Source of the DNA: Cycas panzhihuaensis
Taxonomy: Eukaryota; Plantae; Cycadophyta
DNA: 64,000 bases
NCBI GenBank assembly: GCA_023213395.1
Contig: CM041465.1
Span: forward strand, 96,107,741-96,171,740
Reading direction: 5' to 3'
This document shows positions 50,801-64,000 of this stretch, one piece after another; the first letter of the stretch is position 1, and the number at the start of each line of letters is the position of its first letter. The position numbers and the translations under genes were made by a program. A model generated the notes under the pieces. It made no database searches. It was not told the DNA's origin and saw nothing but the letters and a program-made list of their open reading frames with translations.

Positions 50801-53800
50801 AGGATTGTTATAGACAATGGCTCTTCAATAAACACCATGCCCATATGAAAGGTAGAGGAGGTAGGTATAGGAGCTCTTGAATTAGTCCCATGGAGGTGCC
50901 AAGGTTATGATGGTAGTGAAAAGATACCCTTAGGAATGGTAACACTCCCACTTACCCTAGAAGACAAAATGGTGCAAAATGATATTATGGTCCTCGATAT
51001 TGATGTGGACTATAATCTCTTATTAGGTCACCCATGGCTTGACCAAATAGGAGCCATTTGCTCTTTTAGGTGAGGACAACTCAAGTTTGCTCATGGAGGG
51101 CAAATAAAGGTTGTCACCTAAGAACCTCCTCCTAACCAAGCATCTCACCAACCATGCTAAATAATCTTTAGGGCACCCAATGAGGTTGATGATCCATTTG
51201 ATACATTGATAGCCAACTTCTTTGATATTGAAAACCCTCAAGAGGGGGAGGATACACCTCCATCACAACCAAATTTAGTTTATTTTTCCCCATAGGTGTA
51301 GGAAGCTATGGGTATTTAGCCATCTTGGGTAACCATGAGTCTGATGATAACTATAAAGAATCACCTCGTCAAGTATCCCTTCTTAACATGTGAAGCATGC
51401 ATGTCTCTCATCCCCTTGTGCATCCCATATTCTAGCATAGGACCCATGTGGGCTTAGATGATTGTTGCTTAGCCATCATGGTTAGGCCTCCTCCTATTTC
51501 ATCCTAATATCCATGTACTATCAACCTATTAATGCACATGGACCCCCAAATCACTTATTAGCATTCTACTTTAGAAGCCCCTTAACCCCCATCGTCCTCC
51601 AAAGAAAATGAGGATGTTGAATCTCTCTTTTATTGTGATAAGTCTATAATTTATGATTTAGTTCCTACCTAGCACATCTCTCCTTGAGAAAGAACATTAT
51701 ATCATAAGAGGGTGCACTTTAACTCTTTAGAAGAGTCCCCTTACTATTATGACTAGCTAGTTGATTGCTACGAGCTTATCACTCCCCTGCCTACTTCCCA
51801 ACCTCCTCTTAACAAGACTATCCATGGGATAGATGGCTTTCAAAATGACAAGGCTTTATTTCAACATCTAGTGGGAGTTGTACCTAATTTACCTTTTGAG
51901 CATCATAGGCTAGGTTTTTGGATGTGCTTAGTTATTGGGTTGTCCCTAGCCAAGCACAATTGACCAGCACCTCCTCCCCATCTACCTGTTGACCAAGCCT
52001 CCTTTCACTTTGAGGAAGGGAATGCTATGTATATGGGGGCCACCAAGGGCATCGTTCTTATCCTTGAAAAGGTCATCAAAATTAGAGTAAAATTCTCTCC
52101 TTAAGATATGGAGCTATATACCAAGTTATTTCATAAGTTCTATAACATCTTCATATAGGACTATTTAGATATGAAGGGTATAAACCCTAACATAGTTATT
52201 TATAACCTTACCACAATCATGGGTGCTTACCCCATGAGGTAAAAAATAGTTCCCCTTACACCTAAAACTATTAGTTGTAGTCAAAATGGAAGTCAAAAAG
52301 CTACTAGATGCAGGCCTCATCACTTCCATTAACTACCCTAAATGGGTCTCCAACATGATACCTATTGCTAAAAAGAACAAGACCATTAGAATTTGTGTTG
52401 ACTTTAGAGACATCAATAACATGTGTCCTAAAGACAACTTTTCCCTTCCTTTCATTAATTAAATAATTGATTATACCACCAGCTTTGAGATTATGTCCTT
52501 AATACATGGCTTCTTCAACTATAGCCAAATCCAAATATCTCTTGAGGACCACCACAAAACAACCTTCACTACTCCTTGAGGGATATTTGCTTACAAAGTC
52601 ATGTCCTTCAGTTTGAAGGACATTAACTTTACCCAACAAGGGCTATCTAGTTTATATTCCATGACCTCATTAACAATATTCTTAAGGTCTTCATGGATGA
52701 TATGATGGGCCTTTCCCAAAAAAGGGCTAATCACTTTATAGATGTTAGTGTTATATTTATGAGGTACCACAAATATCATGTTAGCGTAAACACATTTAAA
52801 TATGTCTTCATTGTGATAGCTAGCAAACTCTTAGGGTTCCTTATTTCTAAATAAGGAATCTAAGGTGACCCTAATAAGGTTAAAGCAATAGTTAAGATGC
52901 CTCCCCTAATGATGTAATAATAAATTAATTCATTCTTAGGGAGATTAGGTTTCTTGAGGTGTTTCTTGGAAAACTTTACCATTAATGCCAAAAATTTGAC
53001 CAACCTACTTAAGAAGGGGACCCCTTTTGTTTGGTCCCCTAAGGCCCAAGAGGCCTTCAGGAGCTCAAACTCAAACAAACCCTTATGCTGGCCCCTATCT
53101 TGGCCCCTCCTCTTTTTGACTACCCTTTTATTCTATATACTTTAGCGATCAATGAATCTCTAAGGGCCATGTTAGCCTAAGAAGATGATTCAAAAACTGA
53201 AAGATTCATCTATTTTATCAGTTGCACCTTAGTGGCAACAAAATTAAACTACTTACCATCTAACAAAGAATGCTTGGCACTAATTTATGCTCCTATAAAG
53301 TTTAAGTATTACCTCTTGGGAAACACCACTTATGTGATCATCTAATTTGATCCCTTGAGATACCTTATGATACGATCAAACTTGACAAGAAGGTTTGGCA
53401 AATAGGCCATCCTCCTATAAGAATATAATATAAAAATTATCAACTAAAAATCTAAGAAGGGCATGGTAGTTGCAGAACAGCTGACAAACACTCCCATACC
53501 AAATTCCTTTAGGGTTTTGGTTGATTATTCCTTACCTCATAAGGCTATTTTAACTCTTTAATAAATTGATACCCATCCATTAGCTAATAGCGAATGGTAT
53601 GGTGATATTATTAACTACCTAACCCAATAGTAATATCTAACTAATGTCAGCAATAAGGTTAAGTTATATATGAGGGCCTCTGCCCAATAATACTTTCTCA
53701 TAGAGGATGTATTGTATAGATGATCATTCGATAGCATTCTCCTTTACTATGTTAACCTAGAGGAGACTAACTAAATTCTTTATAAATACCATAATGGCAT

Positions 53801-54660
53801 TTACAAAGGCCACTTTTGGGGCTAATCAATGGCCCAATGGATCTACATATGGGTTATTATTGGCCAACCCTATTTAAAGATGCTTATACCTATGCTTAAC
53901 ATTATTGTCGATGCCAAGAGTATGCCAATGTTATTCATCAACCTTTTGAGGCATTGCATGTAGTGGTCTCTTTGCGGTCCTTTTCCCAATGCAGATTAGA
54001 TCTAATTAGAGTTATTACTCCACTCTCCATGGCCCAACATAAATTCATCCTTACTGCTACTAAATATTTTATTAAATGTACTAAAGCTTTCCCTTTATCT
54101 TCAATGATAGGCAAAACTATCGCTACTTTCATATATCAGTATATTATTTGCCAATTTGGGGTCTTTGACATCCTCATTACCGATAATGAAACCTTGTTTT
54201 GAAACAAAGAAATGGATGAGATTTATGAGAGATTTAAAATCTCTTATAAGACTCCATCCCCTTAATACCCTCAAGCTAGTGGCCAAATTAAGGCCTTTAA
54301 CAAAACATTAATTATTATTTTTAAAAAGACCATTACCCAATCCCAAAAGGATTGGTGCATCCAGCTCTATTTGGGCTTGTGGGCTTACTATACTTTAATC
54401 TAAATGGATATGGGAATGACACCATTCTCCCTAGTTTATAGGTTAGAGGTAATATTACCCTTATACCCCTAGAGGTCAAAATTCCTTCCTTGAGGGTATC
54501 CCTCAAAGGGCTTATTAATAAGGAGTTGTAGTGTCAAACTCGCCTCCTTGACCTTTAAGCCTTGGATGAGAAATGCTTGGTAGCATACCAAGCTAATTTG
54601 GCATCTAAATCTAGGGCATAAAGGATGCATGATAAATACTTGCACCCTTGTCTCTTGAGT
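47896..54660 (+). pseudogene. gag-pol: Element D gag-pol, heavily decayed; integrase C-terminus removed by a ~0.4-kb deletion at ~54660
   Basis: RQFHDLLHSSKATLP, VIDNGSS, LLGHPWLDQ, KVFMDDMMG, HKFILTATKYF. Confidence 0.92.
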
Positions 54661-55430
54661 CCTCTGTGAGTGATGGACGTTCTCCCAAGAGTGATATATC
54701 TCGACATCCATAACTAATCTCCTTATTCATCCAAAGCTATGAGCTAGATTGATCCCCATGGAGGTAGATTTATTTAATCATGAGTATAGGCTATCACCCT
54801 AAAGGTGCAAATAATATCAAAACTCACTACTCTTTAAGAAGCCTTAGACTATTTTTACCCACCAGGTTCTTTTACCTTATTAGAGCTTGTGTTAGCACTA
54901 TGAGCTCCAAGAGATCCTAGTTTATCTTCCACCTTGGGTGTGAATACCTCTATGTAAGGCCTTCCTTTCATGCCCAAGCTCTTTCCCTTATGTAGAGGTA
55001 GAAGCTAGGTTTACTACCCCCACCCTAAGTACGCATGTAATCCTTCTACCTAAGTGCCACATGAGATGCTTAACTACACTGAGATGATCATGTGTATGCC
55101 TAGTATATGAGATTTAAGTCATGGATAGGGTAAAGCAATAATGCCAAATACAAATCAAGGAGACCACCTAAATGAGTATCCATCAATAAGAATTAAAATT
55201 CATAATAGAAAGGGGACCAATTTGGTCTTGGTCTCTATATATATAAGTGAAATAATGATACAAGAGTACATTAGTGCAATGTACTAAAGGAAGCCAGAAT
55301 CCTTACAAGGAGGTGTACAGTCATCCTCTTAAATCAAGTGCATATATAATATAGATAACCTTAATAGTCTAAGCTTTCTTGTAACCAAAATAAATCATCA
55401 TATAAAATCCTTGGAGTTGCCTAGAGATAG

Positions 55431-58319
55431 TCATGTGGTGTTGCCCTTGGGATGTCCCATTCTCTATCTTAGGGTTCATGTCCCTCTGAGACTCCTCTTG
55501 GGTCATTGTGAGGTCCTTGTCTCTCTCTCCTTATCCTATATCTAATCCTCATACCTTAATAACCTATGGGAAGGAGTGGCTATATGTGTTTGTGATGACC
55601 TAGCTGACATCTAATCTATCAGCCTATTGTATTATGCCTGGAGTTACTCCCACTCCATTTGCACCTTAGCCAGTTGACCCTGCATCTCCTAGAGTTTATC
55701 ACACTTCCCCTGGACCTTAGAAAATTGCCTCTATGCATCTTTGAGTTATGACTCTATGACTGTGATGCTTACCTCAACCCCTGGAGCCACATGTGGAGGT
55801 ATTATTACTATTAAAGGTTCATCCTCTCTAACTTGGGCCTCCAACTCTCTCACCCAATCCTATAACTAATCCCTCTTTATCTATAAATGGCCCTACTTTA
55901 TCTTCCCCTCTTAGGCTTTAGTAGCCCATATGTCCCTAACCCTAAGTAGGGAAGAAAATGTGGTAGTGTATGGGCACATCAACTCTGGCTCTTCGCTATC
56001 CACTATTGGAGGCTATACCTCCACATAGACTCAAGGAAACAAGTTGACCACCGCTTTGCATACCATCTCTATCATAATACCCTCTCCTTCCATTCAAGTC
56101 AATACATGTGTTAGTAAACATACTATCATGGAAGTAATATCAAATAAACCACTTAATAAAAAGATGTAAGTAAGAATTTGCTGACAGGGAAAGGGGAGTA
56201 CCTCTCGGAGTAGTTGATACCCCTAGTGTTACCTCCTCTCTAACCCCTAGGATCTCCTCTCCCTTAGTAGACATGGCCTCCTCATTAGTAATAACTATGG
56301 CCTCATCTCCCTCTAGTTTGATAGTTACATCTCCCTTGCTAGTCTCATCCCCTAACTCAATTACTAGCTTTGTTATAGTGCCTCCTCCCTCCTTGTCACT
56401 ATCCTAGTGGACAGTGTAGTATGGATGGTATATATAGTCTTCTAAGGTCAGTAAATTTAGAGATTGGTGGCCACTGACCTACTGACCTACTCTAGCTCTC
56501 TAATGCTCTTCAACTAAGAAGGACATCGATGGATAAAAGGCTCAATAGCCAACACTAGTTAAGGCCTATCACTAATCCTACTCCCTAAAAGTGAACAAAA
56601 AACTAGTACTAGAGTAGGAAGAAAAGCTATCACATCCCATCACTTTAATTTAATCCAGTTGGGCTATGATGTTGGCTATTATCATAATGGCCTAATCGAA
56701 CCTCTATCCATCCTCACATCGATGGATGGTCTCCATCTAACCTCCTAGGACATCCCTATAGTTCTATTTCTGAGAAATTTGGAATAGAATAGTGAAAATA
56801 ATAAGTTTCCTTGGTTGAGGAGTGTGTGTTGTTATAATGGTCCTAATCATTATTCCATGTTAATCCCACTGACCCCTATTATAGAAAAATTAGGCCACCT
56901 TCTAATGTGCCACATCAGTGCTAGGTAAAACCCCCAGTATGTCTAGTGCTCCACTCATTGAGAACCCTAAGATCCTTCATACATCAACTAGGATGATCGT
57001 TAGGTCCCTAACTCCAGGTAGGTAAAACACATTGCTCTTATAGTCCCAATGAGAAAATAACACCTATTAGAAGTGCCTAGTTGGAGGCGTACTATTGTGA
57101 TGTGACCACTCTAAGTAGACCATATTACCTTAGGACATCCTAGTCCTAGCCAATCATCAACTCTGCCAAAGCTAACATCAGTTCCTTGATGTTTTCATGG
57201 TTATCCACTACCATAATTACTTACATTCTAACCAAGATATCACCAGTTAGTTATCTTCTAGGAAATGGAAGAAACCCCTATCTTAGATGGGTAAAAATAA
57301 GATAAATTCTCAAGAAAAACTTTAAAGAAAAAATATATTATGTTCTATACCACAAAAAAGTTCATGGTACCATATATAATCAAGGGTCCATAGATTACAT
57401 ATTGTAACTTTTTTTATAGTACCACATCTATGTATATGATACCATAGAAAAGTTTATAGTACCAGGTATTACTACACTAAAAGTAAAACATTAACACTAC
57501 ACTACCCATGTTTAGTCCTGAAAAAAGTCCATCAGTGTTGAGTATATAATAATAATATATAAGGAGGCTAAAATTGTGACTTATTTTTTACATAATTTTC
57601 CCCTCTAACTTTTCTTGGTAGGCAGTAGCACCCCTTGATTGGGGGGATGCAAAGGGATGTTAGAATTTCCTCCTACAAATAGGGGTTCAGGGTTAATATC
57701 CCATAAAACAAAATTTTAGGATTCAAAACTTATCAAATAATAAAGAGAATTAGGGTCATTCATCAAAAAGGCCCTAGATCTAATAGTTGAGATTTTGTAC
57801 CTTCTTATAACACTTTTTATGTAACTTGAATTAGTGTAATTTATATTGTGGGGTTGTTGTTGTTATTGTTGTTGTTATTGTGAGAACTTTATGGTAGTTG
57901 TAATATAGATTTCCATTCTTAATCAATAAAGCTTGATACCTTTCCTATGTAGATGTTTTCTTAGCACCCTACTAGGGTTTTACCACATTAAATTTTGTGT
58001 ACTTGGTAATGCTTATACTTTTCTTGTGTATGTGTTAAATGATCTTTGGTTTATATACTTACATTTGATTACAATTTTGAATCATGTTTTTGTTATAGAA
58101 TATAATAGATCTTGGTGGCAAATTTGGCTTTTTAAAATCAAGTTTTCTCAACAATCAAGACTAGGGTACCTTGAAATTTGGGGACCCCAATCGGGTACCA
58201 CTAGGCCCCACTATCCTAAATAGGCAATGCCTAGCTATCAAAAAGCATAAAGACATAAAAAGAAAAAAACTAGCTCAAAGCCAGGATCTACTCATTAGTT
58301 CTACCCTTGCTATTGCCAT
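55431..58319 (-). pseudogene. Element D antisense PMD gene; intron 1 interrupted by a solo LTR
   Basis: Exon 1 MAIARVEL at 58319-58296; VFYLPGVRDLTI PMD motif near 57000-57030; colinear with A 6410-8678. Confidence 0.8.
57536..58153 (+). mobile_element. Solo LTR (618 bp), unrelated family, probably Copia-like
   Basis: TGTTGAG...CTCAACA inverted termini; TSD ATCAG/ATCAA; flanks rejoin to the sequence seen uninterrupted in A at ~8490. Confidence 0.85.
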
Positions 58320-59553
58320 AACATCCTATTGATCTCGATGACTTCTCCCATGTAATGATTTGATGGTTGGATCTCTCCTAGAAAACTCATGTAGGTGAAG
58401 GAAATCGGGGATGGTAGATGGATTTTTTAGGAAACTCAAATAGGTGATGGTAGAAATTAACTCTAAATTCTTAATTGGCTAATTTTTATTTGATCTCCTT
58501 TAGTAAGATCCCCAAAGCTCTTTGCCCTTTTTCCATTTTGATTGAACCATTAGATCAGAATTTTTAGGACCATTCCTAATTAAGGATCTAGGCCCCTTTT
58601 GGCTCCTATACATTATTTTCCTCACTTTTATATGCAATATTTATTGTTCCCACCCTTCTCTAGGGAGGCCTTTTTTCCCCCAAACTCACTTGTTCAAAAC
58701 CTTATCAGTGTTTATACTCCTTATATATGGGGACTGACTTAAGATCTTAACATTTGATTTATATTTATGTTTATTGATATAGATATGCATTAGTCACATC
58801 TGATTATTTTGGATTTAGTTATAATTCTTTATATGTACTTGATCAATATTGTAATATAAATGGCATCATGGCACATATATAACACATAAAACATGATTAA
58901 ATGTAACCAACAAATGCTAGTTTATACTCATGGAGGAGTCTCACACCTCTATGGGGATTATCTAAGGGGGAAGAAAGCTTGTAATGGAGTAGATGGTGTC
59001 ATGGTAGACATAAGATAGTGGCACACCTTAAAAGGCATAAAATATATAAGATCAACATAGTTTATAATCTTTTCAAAGTAAGTTGGTGGTTTTAGCTCTC
59101 ATTATAGCCAAAGGCATCATGTTGGATGCAAAGTTGGGAGCAACCAATGGGTACAATAACAAGGATGCCTTAACAATAGTTCCTACTCATTTCAAAGGAA
59201 AAATAAAAGGGAAATAATAGAAAATAAAGATTGTATAGGTAATAAAAGAAAGCAAAGGGTTTTTTTTTTAGCTAGTTTTATATTTTTTTTATTTTAAGGA
59301 TAATATTTATAAGTGGCAATTTATACTCATGACAAAGTATAATCTAGTTTATGCTTATGGAGAAGCATGATGCCCTTGTGGGACAAGACTCTACTTATAT
59401 CAAAGCATCAAATGATAATATAAACTCAACAAAAAGATATAATCCTAATAAGGATAAAATGTGATATAAGTTGAAAGTAATTTAGGCTCATCTTAGAGAA
59501 AGATGGTAGTTTAGGCTCATTTTAGAGTAAGACTATGCATAGTGAGAGCAACC

Positions 59554-59945
59554 TTAACTGTAAAATTTTTTTGAGAAATTACTTATTGATAGCTTTCCCA
59601 AACTCAAGGCCCTCTAGTGGCATAATACAAAAGGAAATGTTAGCTAGACCCTAAAGAATAATAAATGGTCTAACCCACTTAAGGCTAAACTTTTAGAGGT
59701 GCTCATGTAAGTACTCAAGTTTGAGGACCTTCTCCCCTTGGGCAAATTGCTTAGGCCACATATTTTTGTCATGCCCTTTTAGGACTTGATCTTTGATGCT
59801 AGATTAATTTGATAAGTGATGAGGTATTTTTCATTTAAGGCTTCTAGATCAAATACATGGGCTTGACAACACCATTCTTCATTAATGAAACCCTTCAGTG
59901 ACACTCTCAAGAATTGCTTCACCAAAATCTGGTCCTCTATTCATT
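59554..59945 (-). pseudogene. Integrase C-terminal fragment of a related element (E)
   Basis: KFSLKWVRPFII...PLEGLEFGKAINK.FLKKFYS then stop, followed by the family post-pol motif twice. Confidence 0.85.
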
Positions 59946-59949
59946 TATA

Positions 59950-62900
59950 TGTATCTTATTGATTATTTTATTTGATCATGGTATTAATTAAGACTACATT
60001 AAATCATTTGAAATATCATGTTATGCTCCTAATTGAGTTGATGTGATATTGGTGATATGTAATATTGGTATTGATGATAATTGATGATTAGATAATAATG
60101 TATGTATTATTATGTCTTCTAAATGCCAATGAATAAAATTATAGCAATAAAATCTTCACTTTTGTCTATTATAACCCACTTTTCCTTTTAAAACACCTTT
60201 TTGTTTTCATTGGTTTATCTTGATTTTATAGTTTTAGTTATCAATTTATAAAGTTTTACATTTGTTCTTAATGGATCACTTATTCTAGGATATTTTTGTC
60301 TTTAATGGAGTCATTTTTCTCTTGTATTCTTATCAATATTTAACATTTTATTCTTATTCTTATCAATTTCTATATTTCTTATTTTTTCATATTTTTTATG
60401 TTTCCAAAAATATGATTTTATTCAAAAAATATAACAGATATATTTTATGAATAAAATTACATTATCCATCCTTTATAAAATGCGATTGATAACATTTTAT
60501 GAAGGAAATCACATTTTTTATTATGACCATGCAATTTTTTTTAGTCAAGCACATCATTTTCTCTCAAACTCTACATGTTGCCACCTAGATTTCATGTTAT
60601 CATCTCTTCCTTAACTCAAAAACTATAGACTCAAGAGGATAGAGTGTTGTTGCATCTTTGGAGATAAGAAAGAAAGTGAAAAAGTAAGGATCAAGAGAGA
60701 AGATATTTAGAGACTTGGAAAATACTATTGAAATTGTGTTTTCTAAAATTTATTGAGATGTTTATCCTTTGCAAAGCCTTCATCTAAGCTCTAAATCTCC
60801 TATCAGAAGTTTGGTAATGTTTTTTTGTTACTATCTTCTTTTTTTTTTTTGAAGGATTATTTATCATATTGGGCCTTGTTTATGTTATCTTCTCCATCTT
60901 AGTTCTAGTTTTTATTATAGTTGTTATTTCTTTGAAAAAATCTTGGCTAAAACATTAGCCATTTGTGGGATTTTTAGAGGTTGACTATATAGAAGAAAGA
61001 TCCTCCTCTTCATTATTATTTTATAGCTTCTCCCTCATATTCTCCATAACAGTCAAGTTTTCCAAGAAATTTTTGTCTCATCCCTCTTATTTTGGTGTTG
61101 GTTTTGTGATATCTTTACAATTTATCCTTTTGGCTATCTATTTTAAAAGGAAGCTTAGTTTTAAAAAAAGGGAAGATTGCTATCCTAAGGCACAACTATG
61201 TTGATTTTCATGGAGAAATTATGTGGTTATTTGGAATGCCTTCTTGATTCTTTACTTTTCCTTTCTTCTTATAAAAGATTACGCAAACTGAAGAGATTAG
61301 AAAGGATATACTTTGCATGTCTTTTTCAATGCTTCTTTTATGAGAGATGGAATGAATTTATTAATGTTTATGGTTGTATATTTATGAATTATTAATTCTT
61401 TCCATACTTTTATATTTATGTTCTTAATAAATTATATGGGCAATTTTTTTCTTACATGTTGATTGTAACTCTTGCATGTCACATTCTATGGTTTGCCATC
61501 TTACTTTGGAACCTTTTCATGTTTAAAAGTTCCAAATTCTATTGAAAAATCATGCATGTAAGTGGAAGGGACTTAAGAAGAAGCTTCGTGCACCCTTAGC
61601 CTTTATCATTAGGGTATGTATAAAACTTTCTTTTACAAAGCTTGTTTTTATATCTTTTCATTTAAAATAAAAGTTTATTCAAGAAGGTTAGGAAAAGGTT
61701 TCTTTTGATTTTAGAAAGGATTGCTTTAAAAGGTATATAAAGAAGAAAAGTATGATTTTTTTTTGCTTTTGGTGTGATTCTCTTTAGTTCTACTAGTTTC
61801 TTCTTTCATATGAATTGGTCTTATAAGTGTATGATTACATGATTATGTTCATCTTTCCTTTCTTTAATTAAACCTGAAACATTGAAAGAGATTAAGGAAA
61901 GGATAGAAACAAAAAACATAATTAATGTAGCTTTGAACTTAAATCTCCTCCACCTATTTGTATAAGTTAGTATATTCTTTCACTGAGTCACAACCACATA
62001 TTCTAACCTCTCACTTTTAAATCCATTTTTAACCATAAAACACAAATAAGTAGAGACTTCTTCTTGAAGAGTTAGTAAAAGTGGTTCTAAGGTCCTTGTA
62101 GGCTAATATATCTTTCATTGTTATATAGAAATAGAAGAAGCATAAATATATTAAGAGATAATCAACTTAGACCATTTCCAAAGCAACCATCTTTTTGGCG
62201 ACCATATTGGGGAGTTGCCTTTTATTTTAATTTCTATGTCATTAGTAATACACTTTTAAACAATAGAGATAACACCATCATCCTAATGAAGAAGATCATT
62301 AAGGCTTCAAGGTATTCCACCAAGCTTTGAGTCTCAACACTCTTATCTTACTCAAGAAGTTTCATCAACTCACATAAATCCTTCTAAACATCAAGCATAT
62401 GATACTTATTTATATCCATCTAAGGAATCAAACCACTTGTATAAAGTACCCATTGAGAAAACGTACCCTGAAATACCCTCTTAATTTATTCGTAGTATTT
62501 CTCTTCCTACCTCTTCTTCTATTCAAGGAGAGTCCCCTCTTTTTCAAGTACCCTTATCATACTTTGAGCTAGTCCTTGTGAGAGTCCATTCTCCTATTCA
62601 TATGCCTAATTACCATGATCCTTTCCATCCTAACACTTATACTATGTCTACTTCTCCTTAACATTGTTAATTTAATCTACTTTGTGAGGAGTATGAGTCA
62701 ATATAAGTTGAGTCGCCTAGTATACTTAAGGTGAACTAATCTCCTTTTCCATCTCATCCTCATACACCGAGAACTCTTTCTTCTTATTTTAGAAACATTG
62801 GAGATAATAGATCTATTCATTCTCAACCTCTTGTTTCACCTCATTTATTACAAGAGTAAGTGCACCCTACTCATGTTGTATCCTTTATACATGAGATACT

Positions 62901-63397
62901 TATTAAACCTTCTATTCAAAAGAACCCTACTTCTTCTCATGTTTCTATATCTCATTACGTTGGTCCATCCTCTTCTATCCCTTGACTAACATATTTATAT
63001 CCTGGTAAACTAACTTCTTCATGCTATATTACCATTTCAACTTAACCTAAACAACATGTTTCTCATGGAGTTCTTTCTCAAAATATTTGGCTCTCTCTTT
63101 TTACTCTCAAACTATCTAATCTTATTTCATTGTCTAATCCTACTTTGAATGTTCAAGTTGTTCATTCTCATCCTATGATTATTCAATCTCAAATCATTTG
63201 AACAATTAATCTTAGTTCTTCATCTCATATTCTTAGTTCACTTCCTTAATAGATTTCCACCTATGTTTTCTAATTATTATATACCTCAAACTAATTCTAT
63301 AGTTATTCCATCAGATTGGTTTAACCCTTCACAACTTCTTCCTATTTATTCTATTCCTTATGAACAACAACCTACTTCTTCCTTGGTCCTTCATCCA
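59950..63397 (+). mobile_element. Element F: very decayed probable 5' LTR, PBS and start of a gag-like region
   Basis: Family-type PBS at 62196 followed by Ser/Pro-rich broken coding-like sequence (ESPLFQVPLSYFE, compare C ETTLFEVPVTSYE); left boundary is a guess. Confidence 0.5.
62196..62213 (+). promoter_or_regulatory. PBS (tRNA-Arg-like) of element F
   Basis: TGGCGACCATATTGGGGA. Confidence 0.8.
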
Positions 63398-63847
63398 TGT
63401 TAGGAATATTAATGTAATCTTTATGTTCTTTTTAAAGTTTATATTTAAGTCACATGTCTAAATTTATATTTGAGTTATTATAAGGTTTAACTTTAATGTT
63501 TGTTAATTATCTTATGTGAAAGGTGGTTGAAATGCAGAACTACATTTTAACGAACCTTTCGTTGTATAAATTCATCTCCTAGATTCAAGGAGATAGTTCC
63601 GAGAATCTAGGAGGGTTGTCTAAATGCTTTTTATAAGGTTGGTCTAGTGGTCAGGTGGTTTATGTATGTGGTCTTCTATTTTTCTCACTTTGCTTAATAA
63701 AACTACGAATTTAGGAGGTGGTTTTTCTTCCCCAAAAGGGGTTTTCCACCTGTCAAACTGGTGTACATGTGTAGTGTTATCTTGTTACCTGTGTTTGCTT
63801 ATTTTATGATCCTGTGATTACATTGTACATGTGCCCATCTTTCTACA
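63398..63847 (+). mobile_element. 5' LTR (450 bp) of a short-LTR element (Copia- or TRIM-like) that continues beyond the window
   Basis: TGTTAGG...TACA; homologous to the solo LTR 3214-3650; followed by a PBS rather than a TSD. Confidence 0.9.
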
Positions 63848-63859
63848 TGGTATTAGAGC
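63848..63859 (+). promoter_or_regulatory. tRNA-iMet PBS
   Basis: TGGTATTAGAGC, one C>T from the canonical TGGTATCAGAGC, flush with the LTR end. Confidence 0.88.
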
Positions 63860-63965
63860 ATTCCACTCGAAAACATTTGGTTCAAACTCACTCTTGATCA
63901 CATAACCATGTATCTCTTTGGCCTGTTGCAGAAGTAGCTCCCAAAGTATTACTGAAATAAATGAC
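63851..63965 (-). pseudogene. PLS-class pentatricopeptide repeat fragment (end of L motif, start of S motif)
   Basis: LQQAKEIHGYVIKSEFEPNVFEWNALI versus the typical LEQGKEIHGYIIKSGFESNVFVGNALI. Confidence 0.8.
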
Positions 63966-64000
63966 AAAACTAGTAAAAAAAAATTAGGGGTGGTTTGCAA

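Larger units (their letters stand above)
46745..58730 (+). mobile_element. Element D: old Tat-like copy closest to A; partial 5' LTR, gag-pol, antisense PMD, 3'-truncated before the aRNH
   Basis: Colinear with A and C; outer boundaries approximate. Confidence 0.88.

Overview
Plant heterochromatic window (large-genome, probably non-angiosperm; species not determinable) with no intact host gene. It is a stack of LTR retrotransposons. Four copies (A + 3677-12978, B - 13291-44800, C - 14051-30645, D + ~46745-58730) belong to one Ty3/gypsy non-chromovirus (Tat/Athila-type) group. C is nested in the 3' LTR of B, and both have matching 5-bp TSDs. There are also two further remnants of related elements, two solo LTRs with TSDs, and a short-LTR element at the right edge whose tRNA-Met PBS runs directly into an antisense PPR fragment. 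The main result is a ~4.5-kb accessory cassette between integrase and the 3' LTR, complete in A, B and C and partial in D. It holds (i) an antisense three-exon gene for a ~607-aa Plant Mobile Domain (PMD, MAIN/MAIL1-like) plus coiled-coil protein, (ii) a divergently oriented stand-alone archaeal-type RNase HI ORF, and (iii) a GGTACC-centred palindromic motif found both in the PMD intron and in the LTR U3. Copy B lacks RT-RNaseH-integrase but keeps the whole cassette. I propose, as inference only, an element-encoded chromatin/anti-silencing module. All ORFs are now pseudogenised, mostly by C>T/G>A changes. Coordinates and alignments were done by eye.
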